Source: Chitinophagaceae bacterium
GTDB taxonomy: Bacteria > Bacteroidota > Bacteroidia > Chitinophagales > Chitinophagaceae
DNA length: 64,000 nucleotides
NCBI GenBank assembly: GCA_044225015.1
Contig: JBGAJG010000002.1
Coordinates: 62,113-126,112 of the forward strand
Direction: 5' to 3'
The notes below the pieces were generated by a model. It was not told the origin of the DNA. It saw only the letters and a program-made list of their open reading frames with translations, and did not search any database. Made by a program: the position numbers and the translations under genes. Shown here piece after piece: positions 27,108 to 37,100 of this stretch (its first letter is position 1; each line of letters begins with the position of its first letter).

Positions 27108-28118
27108 ATGAAGTCTGTTTCCATCAAGGATATTGCTACCCAGGTAGGGGTCTCAACCACTACCGTTTCTTTTGTCCTGAATGGGAAAGCTAAAGAGAAA
27201 AGAATCAGTGAAGACCTGAAGAATGAGATCCTCAGGATAGCGGAAAAACTTCGGTACCGGCCTAATCAGGTGGCTCGCGGACTGCGCACAGGACAAACAC
27301 ATACGCTGGGCCTGATCATAGAAGACATTTCCAACCCGTTTTTTGGTAACCTGGCCAAGGTGGTGGAAGAAGAGGCCGATAAACATGGCTATTCAGTGAT
27401 GTTTTGTTCCACAGACAACCTGGAACATCGAGCTTCAGGGCTGCTTACCGTCCTTAAGCACCGGCAAATGGATGGATTTCTGATCACGCCCACACCGGGC
27501 CTTCGGGGGGATGTGGAGTCACTTGTTGAAGAACAGCGGCCGGTGGTACTGATTGACCGTTATTTTCCCGGACTGGAAACCAGTTATGTTGCGGTAGACA
27601 ATTATAAGGGTGCGTTTGACGCCACGGCCTATCTGCTGGACAAGGGATATCGGCGGATTGCCCTTGTTACTACGGCTTCCGGCCAGGTGCAGATGGGAAA
27701 CCGGCTCCGTGGCTATCTGGCCGCCATAGCTGCCAAAGGATTGCAGGCAGAAGAGGAGTTGGTTTACCGGCATAATTTTGATTTCACTAGCCAGCAGGCC
27801 GTTGCTGAAATTTCCCGGTTCATCAACCAGGTAAAGCCTGACGCGGTATTTTTTACCACCAATTATCTCGGCGTTTACGGGCTGGAGAGTATCCGGCTTT
27901 CCGGTCTTTCCCTGACGGGCGACCTGGGAATTGTATGTTTTGATGATCACGATTTATTCCGGTTAGGTAAACCAGCCATTACGGTGGTGGCGCAGCCTAT
28001 AAGGCAAATAGGAATAGAAGCGGTTGAATCATTGATATCCCAACTGCAGGGGAATAAGGATCCTGCTAACCAGAAAAAAGTTTTACTGGAGCCATCTCTG
28101 ATCATCAGGGATACCTGA
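27108..28118 (+). CDS. LacI-family transcriptional regulator
   Basis: 336 aa. N-terminal HTH IKDIATQVGVSTTTVSFVLNG plus a periplasmic-binding-protein-like sugar-binding fold. Confidence 0.9.
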   Translation: MKSVSIKDIATQVGVSTTTVSFVLNGKAKEKRISEDLKNEILRIAEKLRYRPNQVARGLRTGQTHTLGLIIEDISNPFFGNLAKVVEEEADKHGYSVMFCSTDNLEHRASGLLTVLKHRQMDGFLITPTPGLRGDVESLVEEQRPVVLIDRYFPGLETSYVAVDNYKGAFDATAYLLDKGYRRIALVTTASGQVQMGNRLRGYLAAIAAKGLQAEEELVYRHNFDFTSQQAVAEISRFINQVKPDAVFFTTNYLGVYGLESIRLSGLSLTGDLGIVCFDDHDLFRLGKPAITVVAQPIRQIGIEAVESLISQLQGNKDPANQKKVLLEPSLIIRDT

Positions 28119-28145
28119 GAATCTAATAACGTTAATGCATAAACG

Positions 28146-28176
28146 AAAAAGGCTGTACCTGGGTACAGCCTTTTTT
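28146..28176. terminator. Bidirectional terminator between the LacI gene and the histone-like gene
   Basis: AAAAA GGCTGTAC CTGG GTACAGCC TTTTTT. Confidence 0.7.
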
Positions 28177-28195
28177 CTGATGAGTTTACGCAGGC

Positions 28196-28621
28196 TTATT
28201 CACCTTGTCCTTCAGCAGGCGCAGGTGCAGCGGGAGCCGCTTCCGGTGCGGGTGTTGGCGCATCCACGATGGGAAGAGCAGCTTGCACTGCTGGTTTTTT
28301 AGCGGCAGGTTTTTTGGCCGCTGGTTTTTTAGCTACTGCTTTTTTAGCTACGGCTTTTTTAACTGCTGCTTTTTTAACCACTTTTTTAACAGCCTTTTTC
28401 ACGACTGCTTTTTTGGCCACTTTCTTGACGGCTTTTTTTACGGCTGCTTTTTTGACTGCCTTCTTAATTGCTTTCTTAGCAACTTTCTTAACTGCTTTTT
28501 TTGCTACTGCTTTTTTGGCTTTCTTAGCAACAGCTTTTTTCGCAGCTTTCTTAGCTACCTTTTTTGCAGGAGCTGCTTTTTTTGCTCCTTTTTTTGCTGC
28601 CGCCTTCTTTGCTTTGGCCAT
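28196..28621 (-). CDS. Lys/Ala-rich histone-H1-like nucleoid protein
   Basis: 141 aa, mostly AAKKAVKK-type repeats, with a Pro/Ala/Glu-rich C-terminal tail. Both + strand track ORFs over it are mirror artefacts of the repeats. Confidence 0.7.
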   Translation of the reverse strand: MAKAKKAAAKKGAKKAAPAKKVAKKAAKKAVAKKAKKAVAKKAVKKVAKKAIKKAVKKAAVKKAVKKVAKKAVVKKAVKKVVKKAAVKKAVAKKAVAKKPAAKKPAAKKPAVQAALPIVDAPTPAPEAAPAAPAPAEGQGE

Positions 28622-28869
28622 AGTTGTAGAGTTTTTAGAATGTGAATTTAATGATTGGGGTTATTAGCGAAAATTAGGAAGATTACTGCAATTAATAAAA
28701 AAACAATTGACACAAAGTTGGGGTAGCCCGGCGTTCGCAAACGGACTTGCCAAGCTTATCTCCGGGCACCTCATCCCGGGACCAATGCCAGCCATTGCGG
28801 ATACCTGGAGGGCAGGGTGTTTGGTAAGAATTTCGGATGCCAGGATTTCAGAATTCCAATTCTATTGCT

Positions 28870-28877
28870 TACCTTTG
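28870..28877 (+). promoter_or_regulatory. -7 box TACCTTTG upstream of rplK
   Basis: Exact TAnnTTTG, 85 nt upstream of ATG 28963. Confidence 0.45.
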
Positions 28878-28962
28878 CAGCCCCAAGAAAAAGTTCTTTA
28901 TTGAATGGATTTGGGAGTTGTCCCTGTAAGGGATGACGCTATCACCAAAAAACGAAAAGAAA

Positions 28963-29406
28963 ATGGCAAAAGAAATTACCGGCTTCGTTAAGCTGCAGGT
29001 AAAAGGCGGCCAGGCAAATCCCGCACCTCCTGTAGGCCCTGCTCTGGGTTCTAAAGGTGTGAACATCATGGAGTTCTGTAAGCAGTTTAATGCTAGGACC
29101 CAGGATAAAATGGGAAAAGTTCTGCCCGTTTTGATTACCGTTTACTCAGACAAATCCTTTGAATTTGTCATCAAAACCCCTCCGGCTGCCGTACAGTTGC
29201 TGGAAGCTGCAAAACTCCAAAGTGGATCTAAAGAGCCAAACCGTTCCAAAGTAGGTAAGGTAAACTGGCAACAGGTAGAGGCAATCGCCAAAGACAAAAT
29301 GCCTGACCTGAACTGTTTTACCCTGGAAAGCGCCATGCGAATGGTTGCCGGTACAGCCCGTAGCATGGGTATCACCGTGGACGGAAAAGCTCCCTGGGAG
29401 AATTAA
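28963..29406 (+). CDS. rplK: 50S ribosomal protein L11
   Basis: Starts [29 protein letters not shown] at 28963. 147 aa. Confidence 0.95.
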   Translation: MAKEITGFVKLQVKGGQANPAPPVGPALGSKGVNIMEFCKQFNARTQDKMGKVLPVLITVYSDKSFEFVIKTPPAAVQLLEAAKLQSGSKEPNRSKVGKVNWQQVEAIAKDKMPDLNCFTLESAMRMVAGTARSMGITVDGKAPWEN

Positions 29407-29443
29407 TTCATTAACCATCCAACAGGATTAAAAAAAGATTACA

Positions 29444-30136
29444 ATGGGAATCACTAAAAACCGTAAATCAGCGGATGGCAAAGTGGATAAGAATAAGACC
29501 TATTCTCTCCAGGACGCTTCTACGCTCGTTAAAGAAGTAAACTGTACAAAATTTGATAGTTCTGTAGACCTTCATATTCGTCTTGGCGTTGACCCTAAGA
29601 AAGCCGACCAGGCCATCAGGGGTACCGTAACCCTGCCACACGGCACGGGTAAAACCAAGAAAGTGCTTGTTCTCTGTACACCTGATAAAGAAACCGAAGC
29701 AAAAGGTGCAGGTGCGGATTTCGTTGGACTGGATGAATTCATCCAGAAGATTGAAGGCGGCTGGACAGATGTTGACGTTATTGTTGCTACCCCTTCTGTG
29801 ATGCCCCGCATCGGTAAGTTGGGTAAGATCCTGGGTCCCCGTAACCTGATGCCCAATCCTAAAACAGGTACGGTAACCAATGATGTGGCAGCTGCAGTGG
29901 CAGATGTTAAGGCTGGTAAAGTGGCCTTTAAAGTAGATAAAGCGGGAATCATCCATGCTTCAATAGGCAGGGTTAGCTTCACGCCTGAGAAACTTGCTGA
30001 GAACAGCCAGGAGTTTCTGAATGCGATCATCAAGGCTAAGCCCTCTACTGCAAAAGGAACTTACCTGAAAAGCATTTACATGGCCAGCACCATGAGCCCC
30101 AGCATTTCAATTGACACCAAAGCGCTGATCCACTGA
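29444..30136 (+). CDS. rplA: 50S ribosomal protein L1
   Basis: 230 aa. [25 protein letters not shown] is typical of L1. Confidence 0.95.
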   Translation: MGITKNRKSADGKVDKNKTYSLQDASTLVKEVNCTKFDSSVDLHIRLGVDPKKADQAIRGTVTLPHGTGKTKKVLVLCTPDKETEAKGAGADFVGLDEFIQKIEGGWTDVDVIVATPSVMPRIGKLGKILGPRNLMPNPKTGTVTNDVAAAVADVKAGKVAFKVDKAGIIHASIGRVSFTPEKLAENSQEFLNAIIKAKPSTAKGTYLKSIYMASTMSPSISIDTKALIH

Positions 30137-30170
30137 TCCGTTTCGGTAAAAAACATTTAAAAGCGTAACA

Positions 30171-30698
30171 ATGAACAAGCAGGAAAAAAATGAAGTGATC
30201 GATATACTGAAAGACAAGTTCTCACAGTATAACAACTTCTATCTTACCAATACAGAATCGCTGACCGTTGAACAGGTTGGCAAACTCCGCAGGATCTGCT
30301 TCGACAAGAAAGTGGAAATGAAGGTGGCTAAAAACACCCTCATCCGTAAGGCATTGGAGCAACTGGATGGCGCCCGTTTCGAAGGCACATTTGATTCACT
30401 CCATGGCGTTACCGCGCTTCTTTTCTCAGAAAATCCGAAGGAGCCGGCACTGATCATTAGCTCTTTCCGTAAGGAAACAAACACGGAGAAACCCGTTCTG
30501 AAGGCCGCATTTATCGATGGCGATGTATTTGTTGGTGATAACCAGCTGAACACGCTGAAAGACCTGAAGAGCAAGCAGGACCTGGTTGGCGAGATCATCG
30601 GTATGCTCCAGTCTCCCGCCAAGAATGTTATCAGCGCGCTTAATGCGGGTGGTAAACTGGCAAGCCTGGTGAAAGCCCTGGAAGACAGGAACAATTGA
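30171..30698 (+). CDS. rplJ: 50S ribosomal protein L10
   Basis: 175 aa, positioned between rplA and rplL, with L10-like sequence. Confidence 0.93.
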   Translation: MNKQEKNEVIDILKDKFSQYNNFYLTNTESLTVEQVGKLRRICFDKKVEMKVAKNTLIRKALEQLDGARFEGTFDSLHGVTALLFSENPKEPALIISSFRKETNTEKPVLKAAFIDGDVFVGDNQLNTLKDLKSKQDLVGEIIGMLQSPAKNVISALNAGGKLASLVKALEDRNN

Positions 30699-30799
30699 TA
30701 ATTGTAAATAAAGTCCCAGCCTATGGGGAGATCGTAGGCAATTTTTTTAAAACCGCCGTCGGATCATAACAGAGATGAAGACGGTAAAAATTCAAAACA

Positions 30800-31177
30800 A
30801 TGGCAGATTTAAAAGCATTCGCTGAACAACTGGTTAGCCTCAGCGTGAAAGAAGTTAACGAACTCGCAAAGATCCTGAAAGATGACTACGGTATCGAGCC
30901 TGCTGCTGCTGCAGTAGCCGTTGCTGCTCCTGCTGCTGGCGGTGGTGCCGCTGCAGCTGAAGAGAAAACAGCTTTTGACGTTATCCTGAAAAGCGGTGGC
31001 GCCAATAAACTGGCTGTAGTAAAGATCGTTAAGGACCTGACTGGTCTCGGTCTGAAAGAAGCAAAAGACCTGGTTGACGGAGCTCCTAAAGCCGTTAAAG
31101 AAGGCGTTGCCAAAGCAGAAGCTGATGACCTGGTTGCTAAGCTGAAAGAAGCTGGCGCCGAAGTTGAGGTTAAGTAA
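30800..31177 (+). CDS. rplL: 50S ribosomal protein L7/L12
   Basis: 125 aa. Ala-rich hinge and a C-terminal [16 protein letters not shown] domain. Confidence 0.97.
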   Translation: MADLKAFAEQLVSLSVKEVNELAKILKDDYGIEPAAAAVAVAAPAAGGGAAAAEEKTAFDVILKSGGANKLAVVKIVKDLTGLGLKEAKDLVDGAPKAVKEGVAKAEADDLVAKLKEAGAEVEVK

Positions 31178-31197
31178 TTAACTCATCATCCATAGCA

Positions 31198-31224
31198 ATG
31201 CCGGGCTTAATGCCCGGCATTTTG
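31198..31224 (+). terminator. Rho-independent terminator after rplL
   Basis: ATGCCGGGC TTAAT GCCCGGCAT followed by TTT. Confidence 0.65.
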
Positions 31225-31295
31225 CGTTTGAACCAACCGATTTGTTAATTTTACAGCTTAAGGAAATCAGTCCTGCCTGAATTGACAGCCCTCCC

Positions 31296-32087
31296 ATGAA
31301 GAAACACCATCGGATAATATTGTTTGCCAGTTTTGTGATCATAGCAGCCGCAGGAGCGCTTCTCCTGGGAAGAAACAATAAGGCGCACTTAGATCAAGGA
31401 CTTGTTGCGTGGTACCGTTTTGATCAAAACCTTTCCGATGCTTCCGGATTTAACCAGCATGCTTCCAACAAATCCGGGGTGTCAAATTTTGTGGCTGACC
31501 GCAAAGGAAATCCCTCATCAGCCATTCTCATGAATGGCAAAACAGACCTGCTTACCGCAACTGTAAACCCAAAGATTGAGCAAACAGGTATCCTGAGCAT
31601 CTCCGTATACTATAAGCTGAATTCCACGGCCGTTCAGAACCTGATTTGCCGGCGCAAGAAATTTGACTGCTATACACCAGGTGATTTTGGTGGTTTGTCG
31701 TGGTCCCTGAATGCATGCTCACAGCGCGAGCCTCATTTTGCCGTGGTGTCACCAGAGGATATTGACTGCGAATCCCCACGGGGAATAGACCGCTACACAG
31801 ACATCGTATATGGAATGGCTAAACTGGATACCGGGCAATGGTATCATGTTGCCTGCGTTTTTGATGCCGGGGTTCAACGGATCTACATTAACGGCAAATT
31901 AAGGCAATCCCTCTCCAGACCGTTTCAAAAAATTCGCAACTGTGACACTACCATGTGGGTCATTGGTGGCTTCGTCAATGAACTTCCGGCATACTTTAAC
32001 GGGGTGATAGATGATATCAGGATTTACAACAGAGCACTTTCGGATGAGGAGCTGGAAGCCCTGGCCAGAGATCTAAGCGGAACCTGA
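31296..32087 (+). CDS. LamG-like (concanavalin-type jelly-roll) domain protein, membrane-anchored or secreted
   Basis: 263 aa with a hydrophobic N-terminus. WYHVACVFDAGVQRIYINGKL ... GVIDDIRIYNRALSDEE is typical of the Laminin_G_3 family. Confidence 0.7.
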   Translation: MKKHHRIILFASFVIIAAAGALLLGRNNKAHLDQGLVAWYRFDQNLSDASGFNQHASNKSGVSNFVADRKGNPSSAILMNGKTDLLTATVNPKIEQTGILSISVYYKLNSTAVQNLICRRKKFDCYTPGDFGGLSWSLNACSQREPHFAVVSPEDIDCESPRGIDRYTDIVYGMAKLDTGQWYHVACVFDAGVQRIYINGKLRQSLSRPFQKIRNCDTTMWVIGGFVNELPAYFNGVIDDIRIYNRALSDEELEALARDLSGT

Positions 32088-32092
32088 TCCAA

Positions 32093-32926
32093 CTAGTATC
32101 CTTTTGCCAGTTCAGCAATCTCAAAACTGTTTAATAGTCTGTTGTAAATACGAAGATCGTCAATGGAACCTTTAAATAGTGTTGGGAGATCATCTACAAA
32201 ACCGCCGATTACTAGTTTACCACCAGGACATTGCCGCATAGTTGCAAAAGGCCTTGTTGTGGCCTCCCTTAGTTTACCGTTAATGTAAATGCGCTGGCTG
32301 CCCTCATGGAACACGCATACAATATGGTACCATTGATTGGTTACAACCTGTTGGAGACCCCAAACCAGGTCAGTATTTGCATCAATCCCCCTTGGTTCTG
32401 CACATGTAGCTCCCACGGGAGACACAACCGCAAAATGTGCTTCCTGGTCAGAAGAAGCATTGATAGACCAGGCCAGACCGCCAAATTCCGCTGGTGCTGT
32501 GGCTACATACTGATTTCGTTTGCAGACAAGATTCTGTATAGCGGTGGAAGTGGTCCGGTAATACGCCGAGATAGTGACAGAGGTAGGGGTTACCAGACTT
32601 CCCTGGTCATCGGCAATAATCACATCATCCAGGCCATCCATAATTACAGCGGCACTGGAAGCACCAGCTTTGTCTGGTCCAAATGAAATGCTTCCCGCTC
32701 CCGCAATATTCAAGGCATGATTTCCTTTGCCACTGGAATCAGCCAGGTTGCCATCAAATTTATACCAGGCTATCAACCCGTCTTTAAGCTTTATATTGTC
32801 CACCGTTATGGTATCCCTTACTGTGAGTGTATCCGTTTCAGTGATATATTCTACCTGAATTTCTTTTTGGCAGGAAAAAAGGGCAAAGGAGCAGATGATG
32901 AGTAAGCTGAATAACAGTGCTTTCAT
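32093..32926 (-). CDS. LamG-like domain lipoprotein, paralog of 31296-32087
   Basis: 277 aa with a lipobox-like ALFSC. WYHIVCVFHEGSQRIYINGKL ... GSIDDLRIYNRLLN. Aligns with the neighbouring gene over about 200 aa. Confidence 0.7.
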   Translation of the reverse strand: MKALLFSLLIICSFALFSCQKEIQVEYITETDTLTVRDTITVDNIKLKDGLIAWYKFDGNLADSSGKGNHALNIAGAGSISFGPDKAGASSAAVIMDGLDDVIIADDQGSLVTPTSVTISAYYRTTSTAIQNLVCKRNQYVATAPAEFGGLAWSINASSDQEAHFAVVSPVGATCAEPRGIDANTDLVWGLQQVVTNQWYHIVCVFHEGSQRIYINGKLREATTRPFATMRQCPGGKLVIGGFVDDLPTLFKGSIDDLRIYNRLLNSFEIAELAKGY

Positions 32927-32992
32927 ATTAAATCTTGGTTAGGAGAATAAAGTTAAATGAGAAATGCTAAACGGGAAAACAGGCTTTTTTTG

Positions 32993-33032
32993 TGCCATTA
33001 CCGCACTACCGCATTTTCTAATTGCCACATTG
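32993..33032 (-). repeat. Five tandem degenerate octamers of the RRTGYGGY family (read on the minus strand)
   Basis: Minus strand reads CAATGTGG CAATTAGA AAATGCGG TAGTGCGG TAATGGCA. Confidence 0.7.
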
Positions 33033-33068
33033 AAAAATTTGCCTGTGGCAAATTTTTCCCTACCTTTG
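33033..33068 (+). promoter_or_regulatory. rpoB promoter (-33 TTTG, -7 TACCTTTG) overlapped by a perfect 25-bp palindrome
   Basis: AAAAATTTGCC TGT GGCAAATTTTT at 33033-33057 contains TTTG 33038-33041. After a 19-nt spacer comes TACCTTTG at 33061-33068. Confidence 0.55.
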
Positions 33069-33203
33069 CGTTCCTTTGAATTTTAGGCCTAAACATCAGA
33101 CGGAACAATGCAATCGTAAGTGATTGAAAATCAATGATTTCTGGGGAAACCCGGGAAGCAGTGATGTATTGTCGTCTGAATAACTTTAAAGCGCTTTACA
33201 ACT

Positions 33204-36200
33204 ATGTCTTCTACGAAACTGGCACTGAACGGCAGAATGAACTTCGGGAAAGTGAAGCACCTGGCGGAGACGCCTGACCTCCTGGAAATCCAGATCCAGT
33301 CTTTCAAGGAGTTTTTCCAGCTGGAAACCACCCCTGACAAACGTAACATTGAAGGCTTGTTCAAGGTGTTCAAGGAAAACTTCCCTATTACGGACACCCG
33401 TAACATCTTTGTGCTGGAGTTCCTGGATTATTTCATTGACCCTCCCCGTTACACCATTGAAGAGTGTATGGAGCGTGGCCTTACCTATGCCGTACCGCTG
33501 AAAGCCAAGCTTAGGCTCAGCTGTAACGATGAAGAGCACGTTGATTTCCAGACCATTGTGCAGGATGTATTCCTGGGCAATATCCCTTATATGACCCCCC
33601 GCGGTACTTTTGTGATCAATGGCGCTGAGCGCGTGGTGGTGTCCCAATTGCACCGTTCTCCTGGTGTATTCTTTGGCCAGTCTATCCACCCCAACGGAAC
33701 CAAGATCTACTCAGCCAGGGTGATCCCGTTCAAAGGCGCATGGATGGAATTTGCCACAGACATTAATAACGTGATGTATGCTTACATCGACCGTAAGAAA
33801 AAATTCCCTGTAACCACCCTGTTGCGTTCCATCGGATACGAAACAGATAAGGATATCCTGGAATTGTTTGGCATGGCCGATGAAGTGAAGGCAGACAGGA
33901 AGGCCCTGGAGAAATATGAAGGTAAGCGTCTTGCTGCCCGTGTACTCCGCACCTGGGTAGAAGATTTTGTGGATGAGGATTCAGGTGAGGTGGTATCTAT
34001 TGAAAGGAACGAAGTGGTGATGGAAAGGGATACCGTTCTGGGAAAGAATGAGATCCAGTCTATCCTGGATATGGATGTGAAATCCGTGTTTATCCAGAAA
34101 GAAGAAGTGAGTGGTGATTACGCCATCATCTATAACACATTGAACAAGGACACTTCCAACTCAGAACTGGAAGCCGTTCAACATATCTACCGCCAATTGC
34201 GTGGTGCTGATGCCCCTGATGATGAAACAGCAAGGGGTATCATTGACAAACTGTTCTTCTCTGATAAGCGCTATGACCTCGGTGAGGTGGGCCGTTATAA
34301 GATCAACAGGAAACTGAACCTCAATTATGACTTGGATCAGAAGACCCTGACCAAGGATGATATCATTGAGATCATTAAATACCTGGTAAGACTCACCAAC
34401 GGTAAAGCAGAGATTGACGATATCGATCACCTGAGCAACCGTCGTGTTCGCACGGTGGGTGAGCAACTGTATGCGCAGTTTGGTGTGGGTCTGGCCCGTA
34501 TGGCCCGTACCATCCGTGAGCGTATGAATGTGAGGGATAACGAGGTGTTTACTCCGGTTGACCTGATCAACGCCAGGACCCTTTCATCTGTCATCAACTC
34601 ATTCTTTGGTACCTCCCAGCTGAGCCAGTTCCTGGATCAGACCAACCCCTTGTCTGAGATCACGCACAAGCGTCGTATTTCAGCCCTCGGTCCCGGAGGT
34701 TTGAGCCGTGAGCGCGCGGGCTTTGAGGTTCGTGACGTACACTACTCACACTATGGCAGGCTTTGTACCATTGAAACGCCGGAAGGTCCCAACATCGGTC
34801 TGATCTCTACACTCTGTGTGCACGCCAAGATCAACGAAATGGGCTTCATTGAAACCCCTTATCGTAAGGTGGACAATGCGAAGGTGGATATGAAAAAACT
34901 CACCTACCTGAGTGCGGAAGAAGAAGATACGGCCAAGATCGCCCAGGCCAATATTCCGCTGACAGACAGTGGAAACTTTGCCGAAGACAAGATCAAGGCA
35001 AGGCAAACTGGCGACTTCCCCATCCTGGATCCCAACGAAGTAGAGTTCATGGACGTAGCGCCCAACCAGATCGTTGGTCTTTCTGCTTCATTGATTCCGT
35101 TCCTGGAGCATGATGACGCCAACCGTGCCCTGATGGGATCAAACATGCAGCGCCAGGCGGTTCCGTTGATCCTCCCTGATGCCCCCATCGTAGGTACAGG
35201 ACTGGAAGGCAAGGCAGCCCGCGATGCAAGGATCCAGATCCATGCAGACGGTGAAGGTGTGATTGAATTTGTGGATGCCAACGAAATCCACGTTCGTTAT
35301 GAGCGTGATGAACAACAGAAGCTCGTGAGCTTTGAAGATGACCTGATCATCTACAGGCTTACAAAATATATCAAGACCAACCAGGAAACCTGTATCACGC
35401 TGAAGCCTGCTGTAAAGAAAGGCCAGCGCGTTAAGAACGGTGATTTCCTGACAGAAGGTTATGCCGTTAAGAATGGTGAACTCGCACTGGGTAGGAACCT
35501 GAAAGTGGCCTTCATGCCATGGAAAGGATACAACTTCGAGGATGCCATCGTGATCAGTGAGAAAGTGGTGAAGGATGACCTGTTTACTTCTGTTCACATT
35601 TCTGAGTTTGAACTGGAAGTAAGGGATACTAAGCTGGGTGAGGAAGAGCTGACACCAGATATTCCCAACGTATCAGAAGAAGCTACGAAAGACCTGGATC
35701 AGTATGGTATCATCCGTATTGGTGCGCAGGTGAAAGAAGGGGATATCCTGATCGGTAAGATCACTCCTAAGGGTGAATCTGATCCTACTCCGGAAGAGAA
35801 ACTGCTCCGCGCCATCTTCGGTGATAAAGCCGGTGATGCCAAGGATGCGTCTCTGAAAGCACCGAGTGGTACAGAAGGTGTGGTCATTGGCAAGAAACTT
35901 TTCCAGCGCGCCAAAAAAGATAAGAATGCGAAAGTGCGTGAGAAGGCGGCAATTGAGAAACTGGAGAAAGTGCACGTTGACAATGAGAAGGACCTCCTGG
36001 ATGTACTGATCAATAAATTGCAGACCCTGCTGAAGGATAAAGCATCTGCCGGTGTTACCAATAACTTCGGTGAAATGCTGATCGCCAAAGGCGGTAAGTT
36101 CAATGCCAAGAACCTGGCGGGAATAGACTACCAGAATGTGAATCCGCTGGGCTGGTCAGGTGATGCAAAGATTGACGATCAGATCAACACCCTGTTGCAC

Positions 36201-37016
36201 AACTATAACATCAAGTATAACGAAGAACTGGGCCGTTATAAGCGTGAGAAGTTCAATATCTCTATTGGTGATGAATTACCAGCAGGTGTATTGAAACTGG
36301 CGAAGGTCTACCTCGCCGTGAAGCGTAAGCTGAAAGTAGGGGATAAGATGGCGGGCCGCCACGGTAACAAAGGTATTGTGGCTAAGATCGTAAGGGCGGA
36401 GGACATGCCGTTCCTGAGTGATGGAACACCGGTTGACATCGTACTGAACCCACTGGGTGTACCGTCAAGGATGAACCTGGGCCAGATCTACGAAACCATC
36501 CTCGGATGGGCTGGTGAGAAACTGGGCACACGCTTCAGTACGCCTATCTTCGATGGTGCAACCCATGAAGAGATCCAGGGCCTGATTGAGAAAGCAGGAC
36601 TGCCAAACTTCGGACATACTTATCTCTATGACGGGGAAACGGGAGACCGCTTCCACCAGAAAGCAACCGTGGGTATCATCTACATGATGAAACTACACCA
36701 CATGGTTGATGATAAGATGCACGCACGTTCCATCGGACCATACTCACTCATCACCCAGCAGCCGTTGGGCGGTAAGGCGCAGTTCGGTGGTCAGCGTTTC
36801 GGTGAAATGGAGGTTTGGGCACTGGAAGCCTATGGTGCTGCCAACATCCTGCAGGAACTGCTTACCATCAAATCGGATGATATTATTGGTCGCGCTAAGA
36901 CTTATGAAGCGATCGTTAAAGGTGATAACATCCCGAGGGCCGGCGTTCCTGAATCGTTCAATGTACTGGTACATGAACTTCGAGGATTGGGTCTTGAACT
37001 TAAATTCGACAACTAA
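33204..37016 (+). CDS. rpoB: DNA-directed RNA polymerase subunit beta
   Basis: 1270 aa, full length, with conserved blocks (e.g. [21 protein letters not shown]). Confidence 0.98.
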   Translation: MSSTKLALNGRMNFGKVKHLAETPDLLEIQIQSFKEFFQLETTPDKRNIEGLFKVFKENFPITDTRNIFVLEFLDYFIDPPRYTIEECMERGLTYAVPLKAKLRLSCNDEEHVDFQTIVQDVFLGNIPYMTPRGTFVINGAERVVVSQLHRSPGVFFGQSIHPNGTKIYSARVIPFKGAWMEFATDINNVMYAYIDRKKKFPVTTLLRSIGYETDKDILELFGMADEVKADRKALEKYEGKRLAARVLRTWVEDFVDEDSGEVVSIERNEVVMERDTVLGKNEIQSILDMDVKSVFIQKEEVSGDYAIIYNTLNKDTSNSELEAVQHIYRQLRGADAPDDETARGIIDKLFFSDKRYDLGEVGRYKINRKLNLNYDLDQKTLTKDDIIEIIKYLVRLTNGKAEIDDIDHLSNRRVRTVGEQLYAQFGVGLARMARTIRERMNVRDNEVFTPVDLINARTLSSVINSFFGTSQLSQFLDQTNPLSEITHKRRISALGPGGLSRERAGFEVRDVHYSHYGRLCTIETPEGPNIGLISTLCVHAKINEMGFIETPYRKVDNAKVDMKKLTYLSAEEEDTAKIAQANIPLTDSGNFAEDKIKARQTGDFPILDPNEVEFMDVAPNQIVGLSASLIPFLEHDDANRALMGSNMQRQAVPLILPDAPIVGTGLEGKAARDARIQIHADGEGVIEFVDANEIHVRYERDEQQKLVSFEDDLIIYRLTKYIKTNQETCITLKPAVKKGQRVKNGDFLTEGYAVKNGELALGRNLKVAFMPWKGYNFEDAIVISEKVVKDDLFTSVHISEFELEVRDTKLGEEELTPDIPNVSEEATKDLDQYGIIRIGAQVKEGDILIGKITPKGESDPTPEEKLLRAIFGDKAGDAKDASLKAPSGTEGVVIGKKLFQRAKKDKNAKVREKAAIEKLEKVHVDNEKDLLDVLINKLQTLLKDKASAGVTNNFGEMLIAKGGKFNAKNLAGIDYQNVNPLGWSGDAKIDDQINTLLHNYNIKYNEELGRYKREKFNISIGDELPAGVLKLAKVYLAVKRKLKVGDKMAGRHGNKGIVAKIVRAEDMPFLSDGTPVDIVLNPLGVPSRMNLGQIYETILGWAGEKLGTRFSTPIFDGATHEEIQGLIEKAGLPNFGHTYLYDGETGDRFHQKATVGIIYMMKLHHMVDDKMHARSIGPYSLITQQPLGGKAQFGGQRFGEMEVWALEAYGAANILQELLTIKSDDIIGRAKTYEAIVKGDNIPRAGVPESFNVLVHELRGLGLELKFDN

Positions 37017-37020
37017 ATAT

Positions 37021-37049
37021 AAAAAGCCCCGGAAAACCGGGGCTTTTTT
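37021..37049. terminator. Bidirectional terminator between rpoB and thrC
   Basis: AAAAA GCCCCGG AAAA CCGGGGC TTTTTT. Confidence 0.75.
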
Positions 37050-37089
37050 AATGCGGCAATGTGGTAATGCGGTAGTGCGGCAATGTTGC
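37050..37089 (+). repeat. Five tandem degenerate octamers (RRTGYGGY family)
   Basis: AATGCGGC AATGTGGT AATGCGGT AGTGCGGC AATGTTGC, immediately after the terminator. Confidence 0.8.
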
Positions 37090-37100
37090 TGCTATTCTCC

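Noticed and set aside
28205-28667. Two long + strand ORFs (146 and 132 aa, Phe/Cys/Leu-rich) opposite the histone-like gene
   Set aside because: They are mirror-image artefacts of the low-complexity Lys/Ala codon repeats. The minus-strand product is a coherent AKKA-repeat protein with its own terminator.
28707-28904. 65-aa ORF in the long histone-like / rplK intergenic region
   Set aside because: It spans the rplK -7 box, has no start context like its neighbours, and its composition is unremarkable. It is more likely a promoter and leader region.
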